Shown: one piece after another, positions 1-11,396 of the stretch
Layout: every line of letters begins with the position of its first letter
How positions within the stretch are numbered: the stretch's first letter is position 1
DNA from: Phycisphaeraceae bacterium
Lineage (GTDB): Bacteria > Planctomycetota > Phycisphaerae > Phycisphaerales > Zrk34
Direction of reading: 5' to 3'
NCBI GenBank assembly: GCA_040905565.1
Contig: JBBDRF010000067.1
Span: forward strand, 1-57,589
Length of the DNA stretch: 57,589 bases
Position numbers and translations under genes: made by a program
The notes under the pieces: model-generated
The model's input: only the letters and a program-made list of their open reading frames with translations
The model's database searches: none
Told to the model about the DNA's origin: nothing

Positions 1-50
1 CCACGGCGGTACGCCGTGGGCTTCGGGGGGTGTGATTGTGGTTGGCGCGT

Positions 51-85
51 AAAAAAGGGGCGACGGCGTTTAGGCCATCGCCCCT
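51..85 (-). terminator. Rho-independent terminator of flagellin
   Basis: Minus strand reads AGGGGCGATGGC-CTAAAC-GCCGTCGCCCC-TTTTTT, ~30 nt after the fliC stop. Confidence 0.75.
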
Positions 86-112
86 GTGGGGGGATCAGCG
101 ATCGGAAGCGTC

Positions 113-1579
113 TTACCCGAGGAGGGCGAGGACGTTTTGGGGCTGAGAGTTGGCGATCGACAGCACGTTGGTCGCTGCCTGCGAGAGGATCTGCGAACGC
201 GTCAGTGCCGCCGTTTCGGTGGCGAAGTCGGTATCGCGGATCTGGCTTTCGGCTGCGGAGGTGTTCTCCAGTGCCACGCCGAGGGCGCGAACGGTGGCAC
301 CGACGGTGTTCGCCTGGAACGAACCGATGCGACCGCGGAGCTTGGAGACCTGGCCGATGGCGTCGTTGACGACGCGCTGGGCCTTGTCGACGTCGCCGTT
401 GACGACGTTGGCCGACGAGCCGGCGCTGAGTTCAGCGAGGAAGCCGTTGCCGTTGGAGCCGAGGCGGCCCGTCGTGACCGCGTCGATGCCGATGGAGGCC
501 TTGCCGGCGAGGTTGAGTTCCGGCGAGAGCTGGAAGGTCGCACCGCCACCGGTGATGGAAAAGGCGGAATCGCCCTCAGCGGTGTTCAGCGCTTCGGAGA
601 TATCGACGGTGACATCGAGCCCGGCCGAGGCGACACGAGCGGTGAGACCATCGACCGAAGCGGATTGGCCGTTGATGTTTACTTCCGCGTCCACGCCTAC
701 GCCGCGATGGGTGTTGGCACCGGTGGCGCCATCCTTCACGCCGGCGGCATCGGTTGCAAAAATCTTGTCGTCATAAGCCGCGTCGCCGGCGATCTTGGTA
801 ACCGTGACGGTGCCTGCGGAACCGAACGCTGAGGAATCGAAGACGACGTCGTCGGTATCCACCGTAGCGGTGACGCCGGTGGCGCCGGTGAAGGTATTCA
901 CCGCGTCGGCGATCTCGGTCGTGCTCGCGCCTTCGGCAAAGGTGAACTGCTGCACGCCGTCGTTGCCGGCGACTTCGATGGTGAATTCACCGCTGCCGGC
1001 GGCGACGGCGGTGTTGTCGAAGAACACGCGGCCGGTCTGGGCAGCGGCGGTGACGTCCACGTTCACGTCGATCTGGCCACCCTGGGGAACGCGGGCCGCG
1101 TCGATCTTGACGTCGGTCAGTTCGGTGGTGTCCACGTCGCTGCTGGAGTAGGAGAAGTTGCCGTTGAGCAGCTTCTGGCCCTGGAAGCTGGTGGAACCGG
1201 CAACGCGGTCGATCGTCTGCAGGATCGAGTCGATCTGGAGCTGGTTCGCTTCTTTTTCCTCGCCACTAAGGCCGGCGTCGTTCGCCGACTGGGTGACCAG
1301 GCCCTGCAGGTTGTTCAGCAGCGAGCTAACCTCCGTAAGGCCGCCCTCCGCAATGTTCATCACCTGATCGGCGCGCTCGGCGTTGGAGATGGCCGACGAA
1401 ATCGACGTCTTCTCGCTACGCAGGTTTTCGCTGGCGATGAGGCCGGCGGGGTCGTCGGCACCGCGGTTGATACGCAGGCCGGTGCTCAGCCTCTGCAGAC
1501 TGTCGTTAAGGCTGCTGTTCTGCTGACCAAGCGAGCGCTGTGCCAGCATGGACATGACGTTGGTGTTGATCTGGCTCAT
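113..1579 (-). CDS. fliC: Flagellin
   Basis: N-terminal MSQINTN...SLQRLSTGLRINRGADDPAGL and C-terminal AESQIRDTDFATETAALTRSQILSQA flagellin motifs; GGAGG RBS. Confidence 0.97.
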   Translation of the reverse strand: MSQINTNVMSMLAQRSLGQQNSSLNDSLQRLSTGLRINRGADDPAGLIASENLRSEKTSISSAISNAERADQVMNIAEGGLTEVSSLLNNLQGLVTQSANDAGLSGEEKEANQLQIDSILQTIDRVAGSTSFQGQKLLNGNFSYSSSDVDTTELTDVKIDAARVPQGGQIDVNVDVTAAAQTGRVFFDNTAVAAGSGEFTIEVAGNDGVQQFTFAEGASTTEIADAVNTFTGATGVTATVDTDDVVFDSSAFGSAGTVTVTKIAGDAAYDDKIFATDAAGVKDGATGANTHRGVGVDAEVNINGQSASVDGLTARVASAGLDVTVDISEALNTAEGDSAFSITGGGATFQLSPELNLAGKASIGIDAVTTGRLGSNGNGFLAELSAGSSANVVNGDVDKAQRVVNDAIGQVSKLRGRIGSFQANTVGATVRALGVALENTSAAESQIRDTDFATETAALTRSQILSQAATNVLSIANSQPQNVLALLG

Positions 1580-1977
1580 GGGGTGTCCTCCGTGAACACG
1601 TTGGTTTTCGGTGTCGCCCCTGGGCGGTAAAGCTCATGTGGGCGTCGGTCCATACGGGACCGCCAATCCGTTGTGACTGAAATTTCGAGGATCTTTCGAT
1701 CCAGCTTTCTCTGCGTTATGCGACCATCCCGGCTCCTCCTGTTCGCCCTGCATTGCCGAGCATCTTCTCCACGCCTTGCAGTTCCAGGTCAGGTCGTTCG
1801 CCAGGGCGGGGAACGGACGCCTTTTCGGAACGGCTGGTCTCGGCTCCCCTTGAGTCGGCTCGTGTCGAGAGCCCGAAGCAAGGACCGAAAACGTTTTTCG
1901 CTTATCGGACAACCCCGCATCGCCGGGCTCCGACTCGCTGCGATCGCCTGTATCCGGCAGTCGCCGCGTCTCTTGAG

Positions 1978-2004
1978 GTTTCGGCTTAACCGGGGGCCGG
2001 CTTA
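1978..2004 (-). promoter_or_regulatory. Putative sigma-28 (FliA) promoter of fliC
   Basis: Minus strand TAAG-N15-GCCGAAAC versus consensus TAAA-N15-GCCGATAA. Confidence 0.5.
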
Positions 2005-2482
2005 AGTTGTGCAGGCAGCACAACCGGAAGAAAGATGAAAAAATTTCACCACGCCCTATCCCGCCAGCGCCTTCCCGGGTGCCGTCGTGGGGCAGGCCCG
2101 CGCCTGGATGATGCGCGTAAGCTGTTGTTATGGCTTTGTATGTGGATCGGGTATGGGCGTCGGCGTCGATGCTTTTTGTTCATCATCCGATACCGGCGGG
2201 TGTGCGTCAGAACGTGAAATTTTGTTGCCCAGCCGAGCGGGGAGCCTAAGCGACCATCCGGCAGACGACAGGAGATGTCATCGCGACACCAGAATCGCTT
2301 CGAGCGAAGCGGCGTTCCATGTGGACGTTCAGCGGCTCGCAGCGTGCCGACCTTTTCCACTCGCCCTGACCGCCTCCCCGGGCTATGATGCTGCGGAGCC
2401 AAATAGCTTAAAAGCCTACCAATGCATCCGGCCGCGATCGGCGGCGGACCCGATTTTTAAACCCATAGATGTTGGTTCGAGC

Positions 2483-5400
2483 ATGATGATGCCTCGCGAT
2501 TGCCACGGACGACTGATGCTGCCGCTCGCCATGATCTTCGCAGCAGTGCTGATCGCCGCCCGCCCTGCCCCGGCCTCGGCGGACGAGGGGGTCGAATACT
2601 TCGAGAAGCATGTCAGGCCCGTGCTGGCCGAGCACTGTTACGAATGTCACAGCGTGGAACGGCAGCGGGGGGGCCTGCGGCTGGATTCACTCGCAGCCAT
2701 CCTCGAAGGCGGCGACAGCGGCACAGCGATGGTGCGGGGTGAGCCCGATCGCAGCCGGCTGATCGAAGGCATCCGCTATAAGGATGTGAACTTCCAGATG
2801 CCGCCGCGCTATCGGCTTGAGGATGAGGACATCGCGGCCCTGGAAAAGTGGGTGCAGATGGGGGCCCCCTGGCCCGACGAGCCGGCCCCGCAGGAACTGG
2901 AAGAGGCGCCGTTCGAGGAGGTGGTCGAGCATCTCAAGCAGACGCACTGGTCGCTTCAGCCGGTTGCGGATCCGGAACTTCCGAGCGTGGAGCGGGAGGA
3001 CTGGGTGCAGACGCCGGTTGATCGTTTCGTGCTGGCGAAGCTGGAGGAGGCGGGGCTTGAGCCTTCGCTCCAGGCCGATCGCCGAACGCTGATTCGGCGG
3101 GCGTATTTCGATCTCATCGGGCTGCCGCCGACGTTCGAGCAGGTCGAGGCGTTCGTCGCGGATGAGTCGCCCGATGCGTGGGCGAAGGTGATCGATGAAC
3201 TGCTGGCCAGTCCGCACTACGGGGAGCGGTGGGGCAGGCATTGGCTGGACGTGGCACGCTACGGCGACACGACCGGCTACATCGCAGGCAGCGCGCCGAC
3301 GCGTTATCCCTACGCCTACACCTACCGCGATTACGTGATCAACGCTTTCAACGACGACAAGCCTTACGACCAGTTCATCGTGGAGCAGCTGGCAGCGGAC
3401 AAGCTCGGGCTCGAGGGGGAGCAGCGTGAAGCGCTCGCCGCGATGGGGTTGTTGACGGTCGGCCGACGCTTTCAGAACAATCAGCACGACATCATCGACG
3501 ATCGCATCGACGTCGTAACGCGCGGCTTCATGGGCCTGAGTGTCTCGTGCGCCCGCTGTCATGATCACAAGTACGACCCTGTGCCGACGGCCGACTACTA
3601 CGCGATGTACGGCGTGTTCAATTCCTCACACGAGCCGGCGGAAAAACCGCTGGTGCGTGACCCTGAGCCGACGCCCGAGTACCAGGCGTTTCAGGATGGG
3701 CTGCAGGAAATTGAAAATCGCATGAACGCGTGGCGGGAGGAGCGGCGGCTGGAGATTCAGCACCAGATGCGCAGCCGCGTGGCCGACTACCTCGAGCATG
3801 CAGCGCGAAGGCTGGCGGGGGAAGACCCTTCGCCACAGGGCGAACGCGGGCCGTTGATTCGCCATGCGACCAACCAGTGGAACCACTACCTGGTTCACAA
3901 CTCGAAGGACAACCCCGCCTGGCGGCTGTGGCATGAACTGCAGGCGCTGGAGGGCGAAGGGTTCGCCGAGGCGGCGGCGGAGGTGCTGAACCGCGAGCGT
4001 GAGAAGCCGGTGAACGCGATGCTGCTCGAGGCGTTGCGGGCGAATCCGCCGAGCTCCATGCGCGAGGCGGCTCGAACGTACGGCAGCGTATTGGAACAAG
4101 TCTACAACAGTTGGCGCGAGCAGACGCAGGACGTGCCGACTGAGCAGCATCCCGAACGGCTGGCGGACGACGCGGCCGAGGCGATCCGTCAGGTGATCCT
4201 TTCGGAGCATTCGCCGTTGACGATTGCGGGGCAGCCGGATCGTTGGCTGGATCAGGCGCAGAGGAATCGGCTGAATCAGTTCCGGGGCGAGATGGAAACC
4301 TTTACCGCGAACTCGCCGGGCGCGCCGGGGCGGGCGATGATCATGGTCGATCATGACCAGCCGCGTAATCCGTACATCTTCCGAAGGGGTCAGGCGGGCA
4401 ACCGTGGCGAGAACGTGCCCCGGCGATTTTTGCAGGTGCTCGACCACGTCGACGGCGGCGAAACGTACGACGACAGCAGCGGCCGACTGCGCATGGCCCA
4501 GGCGATCGCCAGTGAAAAGAATCCGCTGACGCCTCGCGTGATGGTCAACCGCATCTGGCACTACCACATGGGCCACGGCATCGTCCGCACGCCCAGCGAC
4601 TTCGGCACCCGGGGCGAACGGCCCAGCCATCCGCAACTGCTGGATCATCTGGCCACGCAGTTCATGGAAGGCGGCTGGAAGATGAAACGCATCCACCGCC
4701 AGATCATGCTGAGCGCGACGTATCAGCAGGTAAGTTATGACCGGTCGGTCGCGCAGCAGCAGGATCCGGAGAACCGGCTGCTGTGGAAGATGAATCGGCA
4801 GCGGTTGGAGTTCGAGCCGATGCGCGACGCGGTGCTGGCAGCGTCGGGCAAGCTGGACCGGACGGTGGGGGGGCGGTCGCAGCCGATCCATGAAGATTCG
4901 CCCCGCCGGGCGGTGTATGCCTATCTGGATCGTGAGGATCTGCCGGGGCTTTACCGCAATTTCGATGTGGCCAATCCTGACGCCACCACAGCGACGCGTT
5001 CGGAGACGACCGTGCCTCAGCAGGCGCTGTTCATGATGAACTCGCCGTTCATGTCCCAGCAGGCGCGGGCCGTGGCGGAGCGGGCGAAGCGTGAGGCTGC
5101 GGAGGATTCTGCAGAGCAGGTCATCCAGGCGGTTTACGAGGTAACGCTGAGTCGGCAGCCGAGCGAGGAGGAGCTGGCGCTTGGTGAATCGTTCGTCAGC
5201 GGTGCTGCGGTACCGGCGGAGCGGCCCGCCCCGCGGTGGCAGTTCGGGTACGGCCGATACGACGGTGAAACGCAGCAGGTGACAAGCTTCGCGCATCTGC
5301 CACACTTCACCGGCGACACCTGGCAGGGCGGCCCCGAGGTGCCCGACCCGCAACTGAATTGGGCGCTGCTCAACGCAGGCGGCGGCCATCCGGGCGTCGA

Positions 5401-5851
5401 TCACGATCATGCTGTCATCCGAAGGTTCACCGTTCCCGCAGCCGGGACGATCGTGATCGACGGAACGCTCAAGCACAACAACGAAAACGGTGACGGCGTG
5501 ATCGGCACCATCGTCTCCCATCGCGGCGGCCAGCTGGGGCACTGGCGCGTGCACAACGGTGAAACCCACGCCCATGTGCCGAGCGTGACCGTCGAAGCCG
5601 GCGAGGTGATCGATTTCGTCGTGGCACCGGGCGAGACGCATTCGCACGACGGCTATAGCTGGGCTCCGAAGGTACGCTACGTGACGGTCGATCAGGCCGA
5701 TGCGGCAACCGTCGACGGTGAAGTGTTCGACGCGGCTGCGAACTTCATCGCCAGCTCCGAAGCGTCCGAACACTTCGGCGGGCAGATGGATCTCTGGTCG
5801 CAGTACGCCCAGGTGTTGATGCTCAGCAACGAGTTCGTGTTCATTGATTGA
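2483..5851 (+). CDS. Planctomycete cytochrome c (PSCyt1) / DUF1549 / DUF1553 domain protein
   Basis: Signal peptide, FEKHVRPVLAEHCYECH, HWSLQPV, YGERWGRHWLDVARY, CARCHDHKYDP, RVMVNRIWHYHMG, VPQQALFMMN; start set at ATG 2483 rather than 2087. Confidence 0.93.
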   Translation: MMMPRDCHGRLMLPLAMIFAAVLIAARPAPASADEGVEYFEKHVRPVLAEHCYECHSVERQRGGLRLDSLAAILEGGDSGTAMVRGEPDRSRLIEGIRYKDVNFQMPPRYRLEDEDIAALEKWVQMGAPWPDEPAPQELEEAPFEEVVEHLKQTHWSLQPVADPELPSVEREDWVQTPVDRFVLAKLEEAGLEPSLQADRRTLIRRAYFDLIGLPPTFEQVEAFVADESPDAWAKVIDELLASPHYGERWGRHWLDVARYGDTTGYIAGSAPTRYPYAYTYRDYVINAFNDDKPYDQFIVEQLAADKLGLEGEQREALAAMGLLTVGRRFQNNQHDIIDDRIDVVTRGFMGLSVSCARCHDHKYDPVPTADYYAMYGVFNSSHEPAEKPLVRDPEPTPEYQAFQDGLQEIENRMNAWREERRLEIQHQMRSRVADYLEHAARRLAGEDPSPQGERGPLIRHATNQWNHYLVHNSKDNPAWRLWHELQALEGEGFAEAAAEVLNREREKPVNAMLLEALRANPPSSMREAARTYGSVLEQVYNSWREQTQDVPTEQHPERLADDAAEAIRQVILSEHSPLTIAGQPDRWLDQAQRNRLNQFRGEMETFTANSPGAPGRAMIMVDHDQPRNPYIFRRGQAGNRGENVPRRFLQVLDHVDGGETYDDSSGRLRMAQAIASEKNPLTPRVMVNRIWHYHMGHGIVRTPSDFGTRGERPSHPQLLDHLATQFMEGGWKMKRIHRQIMLSATYQQVSYDRSVAQQQDPENRLLWKMNRQRLEFEPMRDAVLAASGKLDRTVGGRSQPIHEDSPRRAVYAYLDREDLPGLYRNFDVANPDATTATRSETTVPQQALFMMNSPFMSQQARAVAERAKREAAEDSAEQVIQAVYEVTLSRQPSEEELALGESFVSGAAVPAERPAPRWQFGYGRYDGETQQVTSFAHLPHFTGDTWQGGPEVPDPQLNWALLNAGGGHPGVDHDHAVIRRFTVPAAGTIVIDGTLKHNNENGDGVIGTIVSHRGGQLGHWRVHNGETHAHVPSVTVEAGEVIDFVVAPGETHSHDGYSWAPKVRYVTVDQADAATVDGEVFDAAANFIASSEASEHFGGQMDLWSQYAQVLMLSNEFVFID

Positions 5852-5872
5852 AGCAAGTGGAAAGGCGACGCC

Positions 5873-7342
5873 ATGAATCGGCCAACGTTAGCGCACGGCC
5901 TTACCGTGAACGACATTCCCGCAACCCGCCGCGACTTTCTCCAGCGCACCGGGATGGGCTTCGGCATGATGGGGCTGGCCGGGCTGCTCGGTCAGCAGGG
6001 GATGCTGACGCGGTCGGCGCATGCTGCGGAGGGAACGAACCCGATGGCGGCCAGGGCGCCTCACTTCGCGCCGCGCGCCAAGCGCGTCATCCATCTGTTC
6101 ATGAACGGCGGCCCGTCGCATCTGGACACCTTCGACCCCAAACCCATGCTCGACAAGTACGACGGCAAAGAGTTGCCCACGGCGAACCTTCGCACCGAAC
6201 GCGAAACCGGGGCGGGCATGAAGTCGCCCTTCAAGTTCCGACGCTACGGGCAGAGCGGCATCGAAGTCAGCGATATCTTCCGCCACGTCGGCGAGCAGAT
6301 CGACGACGTTTGCGTCATCCGATCCATGCACGCCGACCTGCCCAACCATGAGCCTTCGCTGCTGCTGATGAACTGCGGCGACGCGAACCTCGTCCGCCCG
6401 GCGATGGGCTCGTGGGTCACCTACGGCCTCGGCACGGAGAACGAAAACCTGCCCGGCTTCGTGGCGATGTGCCCCGGCGGGCATCCGATCAAAGGGCCGG
6501 AAAACTGGCAGGCGGGGTTCCTGCCGGGTGTTTTTCAGGGCACTCATGTCGATACGCGCCACGAGAGTGTCGAGAAGCTCATCGCGAACATCCGCAACCG
6601 TGCGGGCATGACCAACCACGAACAGCGACGCCAACTCGACCTGCTCCAGCAGCTCAACCGTCGGCACATGCAGCAGCGGCAGAACGAAGCACAACTCGAA
6701 TCACGTATCCAGAGCTACGAGCTGGCCTACCGCATGCAGGCCGAGGCGACCGACGCGTTCGACATCGACCGCGAGCCTGAGCACATCCGCCAGGCCTACG
6801 GCAACAGCGTGCAGGCGAGGCAGATTCTGACCGCCCGCCGCCTGGTTGAGCGCGGGGTGCGCTACGTGCAGATCTGGCACGGTGCGGGCCAGCCGTGGGA
6901 CCATCACGACAACATCGAAGACGGCCATCGCAACCTCGCGAACCAGTGCTCGCAGGCGATCGGGGCGCTCATTGCGGACCTGAAGCAGCGGGGGATGCTT
7001 GAGGATACGCTGATTATCTGGGGCGGCGAGTTCGGCCGCACGCCCACGGTAGAACTGCCCCGTCCCGGTGCGAATCAGGGGCAGATGAATGGCCGCGATC
7101 ACAACCACTACGGCTTCACGATGTGGATGGCGGGCGGCGGCGTGAAGGGCGGACATGTCCACGGCGCGACCGATGAGTTCGGCTTCCAAGCGGTCGAGAA
7201 CCGTATGCACGTCCACGACCTACACGCGACGATCCTTCATCTGCTGGGCTTCGACCACGAGCAGCTGACCTATCGCTACGCCGGCCGCGACTTCCGCCTG
7301 ACCGACGTCCACGGCCACGTGATCCATGATGTGATGGCCTGA
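5873..7342 (+). CDS. DUF1501 domain (sulfatase-like fold) protein with Tat signal
   Basis: TRRDFLQ Tat motif, AKRVIHLFMNGGPSHLDTFDPKP, GEFGRTP, GRDH, HVHDLHATILHLLG; usual partner of DUF1553. Confidence 0.93.
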   Translation: MNRPTLAHGLTVNDIPATRRDFLQRTGMGFGMMGLAGLLGQQGMLTRSAHAAEGTNPMAARAPHFAPRAKRVIHLFMNGGPSHLDTFDPKPMLDKYDGKELPTANLRTERETGAGMKSPFKFRRYGQSGIEVSDIFRHVGEQIDDVCVIRSMHADLPNHEPSLLLMNCGDANLVRPAMGSWVTYGLGTENENLPGFVAMCPGGHPIKGPENWQAGFLPGVFQGTHVDTRHESVEKLIANIRNRAGMTNHEQRRQLDLLQQLNRRHMQQRQNEAQLESRIQSYELAYRMQAEATDAFDIDREPEHIRQAYGNSVQARQILTARRLVERGVRYVQIWHGAGQPWDHHDNIEDGHRNLANQCSQAIGALIADLKQRGMLEDTLIIWGGEFGRTPTVELPRPGANQGQMNGRDHNHYGFTMWMAGGGVKGGHVHGATDEFGFQAVENRMHVHDLHATILHLLGFDHEQLTYRYAGRDFRLTDVHGHVIHDVMA

Positions 7343-7449
7343 ATCCGATGCTTTACGCTGCGGTCTCTTTGCTCCTGTCGATGGGTTGGTCTAAGATGGG
7401 TCGCTGCCCCATCGAGTCACGGGACGGCGCCGACTGGACCTGATGCCGC

Positions 7450-8364
7450 ATGAATCCAAGACAGCAACCCCAAAACCGAGGCTCCTCGCGTAAGTTTTTC
7501 TTGCGCGGCTTGGGCATCCTTCTCCCGACCGTATTGACGATCTGGATATTGACCGCTGTGTACAGCTTCGTCGATCAAAAGATCGCGATGCCGATCAACG
7601 CCGGTGTGAAAGAGGTGATCCTGCGCGGCACGAACCTGCCCGTCGTCAGTGAAGAAGCGATCTACGAATTCGACGAATCGCTGACCTCCGACCAGCGTTC
7701 GGCCAAGCGTGCAGCGAGTAACCAGACGCAGTGGCTTGAGCTTCAGACACGCCGACAGGAGCTTAACCGCGCCTGGAGCCGGATCTCGATCGGCAATTGG
7801 GCCGTGCTCGATGTATTCGGCCTGCTGGTGGCGGTGGTGCTGATCTACATGGTCGGATTGGTGCTGGGCAGTTATATTGGGCACGCGGTATACCGACGGG
7901 GTGAGGAGCTGCTCAAGCGGGTGCCGTTCTTCAGGCACGTGTACCCGTATGTGAAACAGGTGACCGACTTTCTGGTGGGCGACGGCGATCAGAAACTGGA
8001 ATTCAACCGCGTGGTGGCGGTGCAATATCCGCGAAAGGGATTGTGGTCGATCGGGCTGGTCACCGGCGACACCTTGAAAGAAATTCAAACCGGCGCGAAA
8101 ACTGAGTGTATGACCGTGTTTATTCCCAGTTCTCCCACGCCGTTCACCGGTTACGTGATCACCGTGCCCGTCGAGGACACCATCGAATTGCCGATCACCA
8201 TCGACGATGCCTTGCGTTTTACCGTCAGTGGTGGTGTGATCGTACCGGACGGACAGGTGATTCAGCGCGGCGGCCCCTCCCCTGCAGCGACGCTGGCGGA
8301 GGAAGCAGCACACGGCAGGCAGGAACCCACAGGCTCCGCTGCCAACGATCTTGAACATCGTTAG
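7450..8364 (+). CDS. DUF502 family membrane protein
   Basis: FLRGLGILLPTVLT, VAVQYPRKGLWSIGLVT, VFIPSSPTPFTGY, ALRFTVSGG. Confidence 0.88.
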   Translation: MNPRQQPQNRGSSRKFFLRGLGILLPTVLTIWILTAVYSFVDQKIAMPINAGVKEVILRGTNLPVVSEEAIYEFDESLTSDQRSAKRAASNQTQWLELQTRRQELNRAWSRISIGNWAVLDVFGLLVAVVLIYMVGLVLGSYIGHAVYRRGEELLKRVPFFRHVYPYVKQVTDFLVGDGDQKLEFNRVVAVQYPRKGLWSIGLVTGDTLKEIQTGAKTECMTVFIPSSPTPFTGYVITVPVEDTIELPITIDDALRFTVSGGVIVPDGQVIQRGGPSPAATLAEEAAHGRQEPTGSAANDLEHR

Positions 8365-8400
8365 ACTTAACGACGGCAACCCCTAAATGGAGTTACGAAA

Positions 8401-8703
8401 ATGGATATGAAGATCAGCGGCAAGCACATGGATGTGACCGACGCGATCCGCGAATACATTGAGCGGAAAGCCGGTCGGCTCCCTCGCTATTTCGATCGCA
8501 TCCAGGAAATTGTCGTCATCCTCGAGCAGCACGACCGCAAGTTCGAGGTCGAGATTCTTCTCCACATCGAACATCATGATCCCATCATCGCCAAGCATAC
8601 CCAGGAAGATCTGTATGCCTGCGTGGATCAATCGGTTGACAAGGCCGAGCGGCAATTGACCGATCTCAAAGAACGACTGCGTAACCGCAAACACAACGTT
8701 TAA
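8401..8703 (+). CDS. hpf: Ribosome hibernation promoting factor (HPF/RaiA)
   Basis: ISGKHMDVTDAIREYIERK...DLYACVDQSVDKAERQL. Confidence 0.92.
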   Translation: MDMKISGKHMDVTDAIREYIERKAGRLPRYFDRIQEIVVILEQHDRKFEVEILLHIEHHDPIIAKHTQEDLYACVDQSVDKAERQLTDLKERLRNRKHNV

Positions 8704-8754
8704 CCAGACCGACAAAGCGTCGGCGGCAGCACCCCTGCATGAAGGACACGGTAT

Positions 8755-9231
8755 ATGAAACTCGGCGATTTTATCGACTCACAGGCTTTGCTCCCGAAGC
8801 TCGCGTCGGTCCAGCGCGACGAGGTGATCGAGGAACTCGTTGATGCCCTCGTCACCAGCGGCTCCCTCGACAGCTCCCTCCGCGCCGAAGTGATCGAGCA
8901 GATTCTCGATCGCGAACGCACCGGCTCCACCGGGTTCGGCAAGGGCGTGGCTGTCCCCCACGTGAAGCACGAAAGCGTGGACAAAATGGTCGCGACCATC
9001 GGCATCTCCGAACAGGGCGTCGACTTCAACGCGCTGGACAAAGCGCCGGTGTACAGCGTGGTCCTGCTCGTGAGCCCCCGCGACAAGCCTGATGAGCACC
9101 TCCAGGCGATGGAAAACATCTTCCGCAATCTGCAGAAAGATACCTTCCGTCGCTTCCTGAGGCAGGCGGGATCGGCTGAGGAAATCCAGGATCTCATCGA
9201 AGAAGCCGACACGCACCAGCTCCAAGGCTGA
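8755..9231 (+). CDS. ptsN: PTS IIA (Ntr/fructose-type) protein
   Basis: DRERTGSTGFGKGVAVPH phospho-His motif; lies between hpf and HPr. Confidence 0.88.
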   Translation: MKLGDFIDSQALLPKLASVQRDEVIEELVDALVTSGSLDSSLRAEVIEQILDRERTGSTGFGKGVAVPHVKHESVDKMVATIGISEQGVDFNALDKAPVYSVVLLVSPRDKPDEHLQAMENIFRNLQKDTFRRFLRQAGSAEEIQDLIEEADTHQLQG

Positions 9232-9270
9232 TCGTGCGGCTGTGAACCAGATTGGCCGGGTGCTGCTTCG

Positions 9271-9558
9271 ATGACTTCAACGCCATCGCAAACCTGCCGG
9301 ACTACGGTGACGATCCAGAATCGTCTCGGGCTTCACGCGCGCCCGGCAATGGCGCTGGTCGATACGGTCAACCGCTTCAAAGCGTCCGTGAAAATCCGCA
9401 AAGAAGAACAGGTCGTCGACGGCAAATCCATCATGCAGGTCATGATGCTTGCCGCGACGCACGGCACGGAACTCGAACTCGAAGCCACCGGCCCCGACGC
9501 GCCCGAACTCATCGACCACGTCACCGAACTGGTCAACCGGAAGTTTGATGAGGAGTAG
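9271..9558 (+). CDS. ptsH: HPr/NPr phosphocarrier
   Basis: NRLGLHARPA and DGKSIMQVMML motifs. Confidence 0.93.
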   Translation: MTSTPSQTCRTTVTIQNRLGLHARPAMALVDTVNRFKASVKIRKEEQVVDGKSIMQVMMLAATHGTELELEATGPDAPELIDHVTELVNRKFDEE

Positions 9559-9720
9559 GGGAGGGAAGGGGGGAAGCGAGCGCGGGGGTGCCCCGGCCAG
9601 GGCAGACGGCCGGGCGGAATGGCGATATCGGCCCCGACATTGGCGCCGCTCTCGGGGAAACCCGGCCGTCTCGCGGCGCTCGCTGGCCGGGGCACCATTG
9701 TCACAGAGCACCGGCGGCGC

Positions 9721-11285
<1,565 letters not shown>

Positions 11286-11322
11286 AACGTGATCGCGTGA
11301 AGCTGTGACAGCAATGCGCACA

Positions 11323-11377
11323 AATAGCCGCGACGCTACGCGTCGCCGGCCCGGCGAGACGTAGTCTCGCGGCTATT
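11323..11377. repeat. REP doublet (REPIN), family A
   Basis: AATAGCCGCGACGCTACGCGTCGCCGG followed by inverted variant CCGGCGAGACGTAGTCTCGCGGCTATT; first copy identical to the RAYT flanks. Confidence 0.9.
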
Positions 11378-11396
11378 CACAATGAAATGCGAATGA

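Noticed and set aside
2087..2482. N-terminal extension of the 1254-aa ORF
   Set aside because: Does not read like protein; the signal peptide begins near 2483-2530
3626..5773. Long antisense ORFs (also 36459-38114, 53090-55108, 48463-49950 and others)
   Set aside because: Shadow frames of real genes in GC-rich DNA; no motifs
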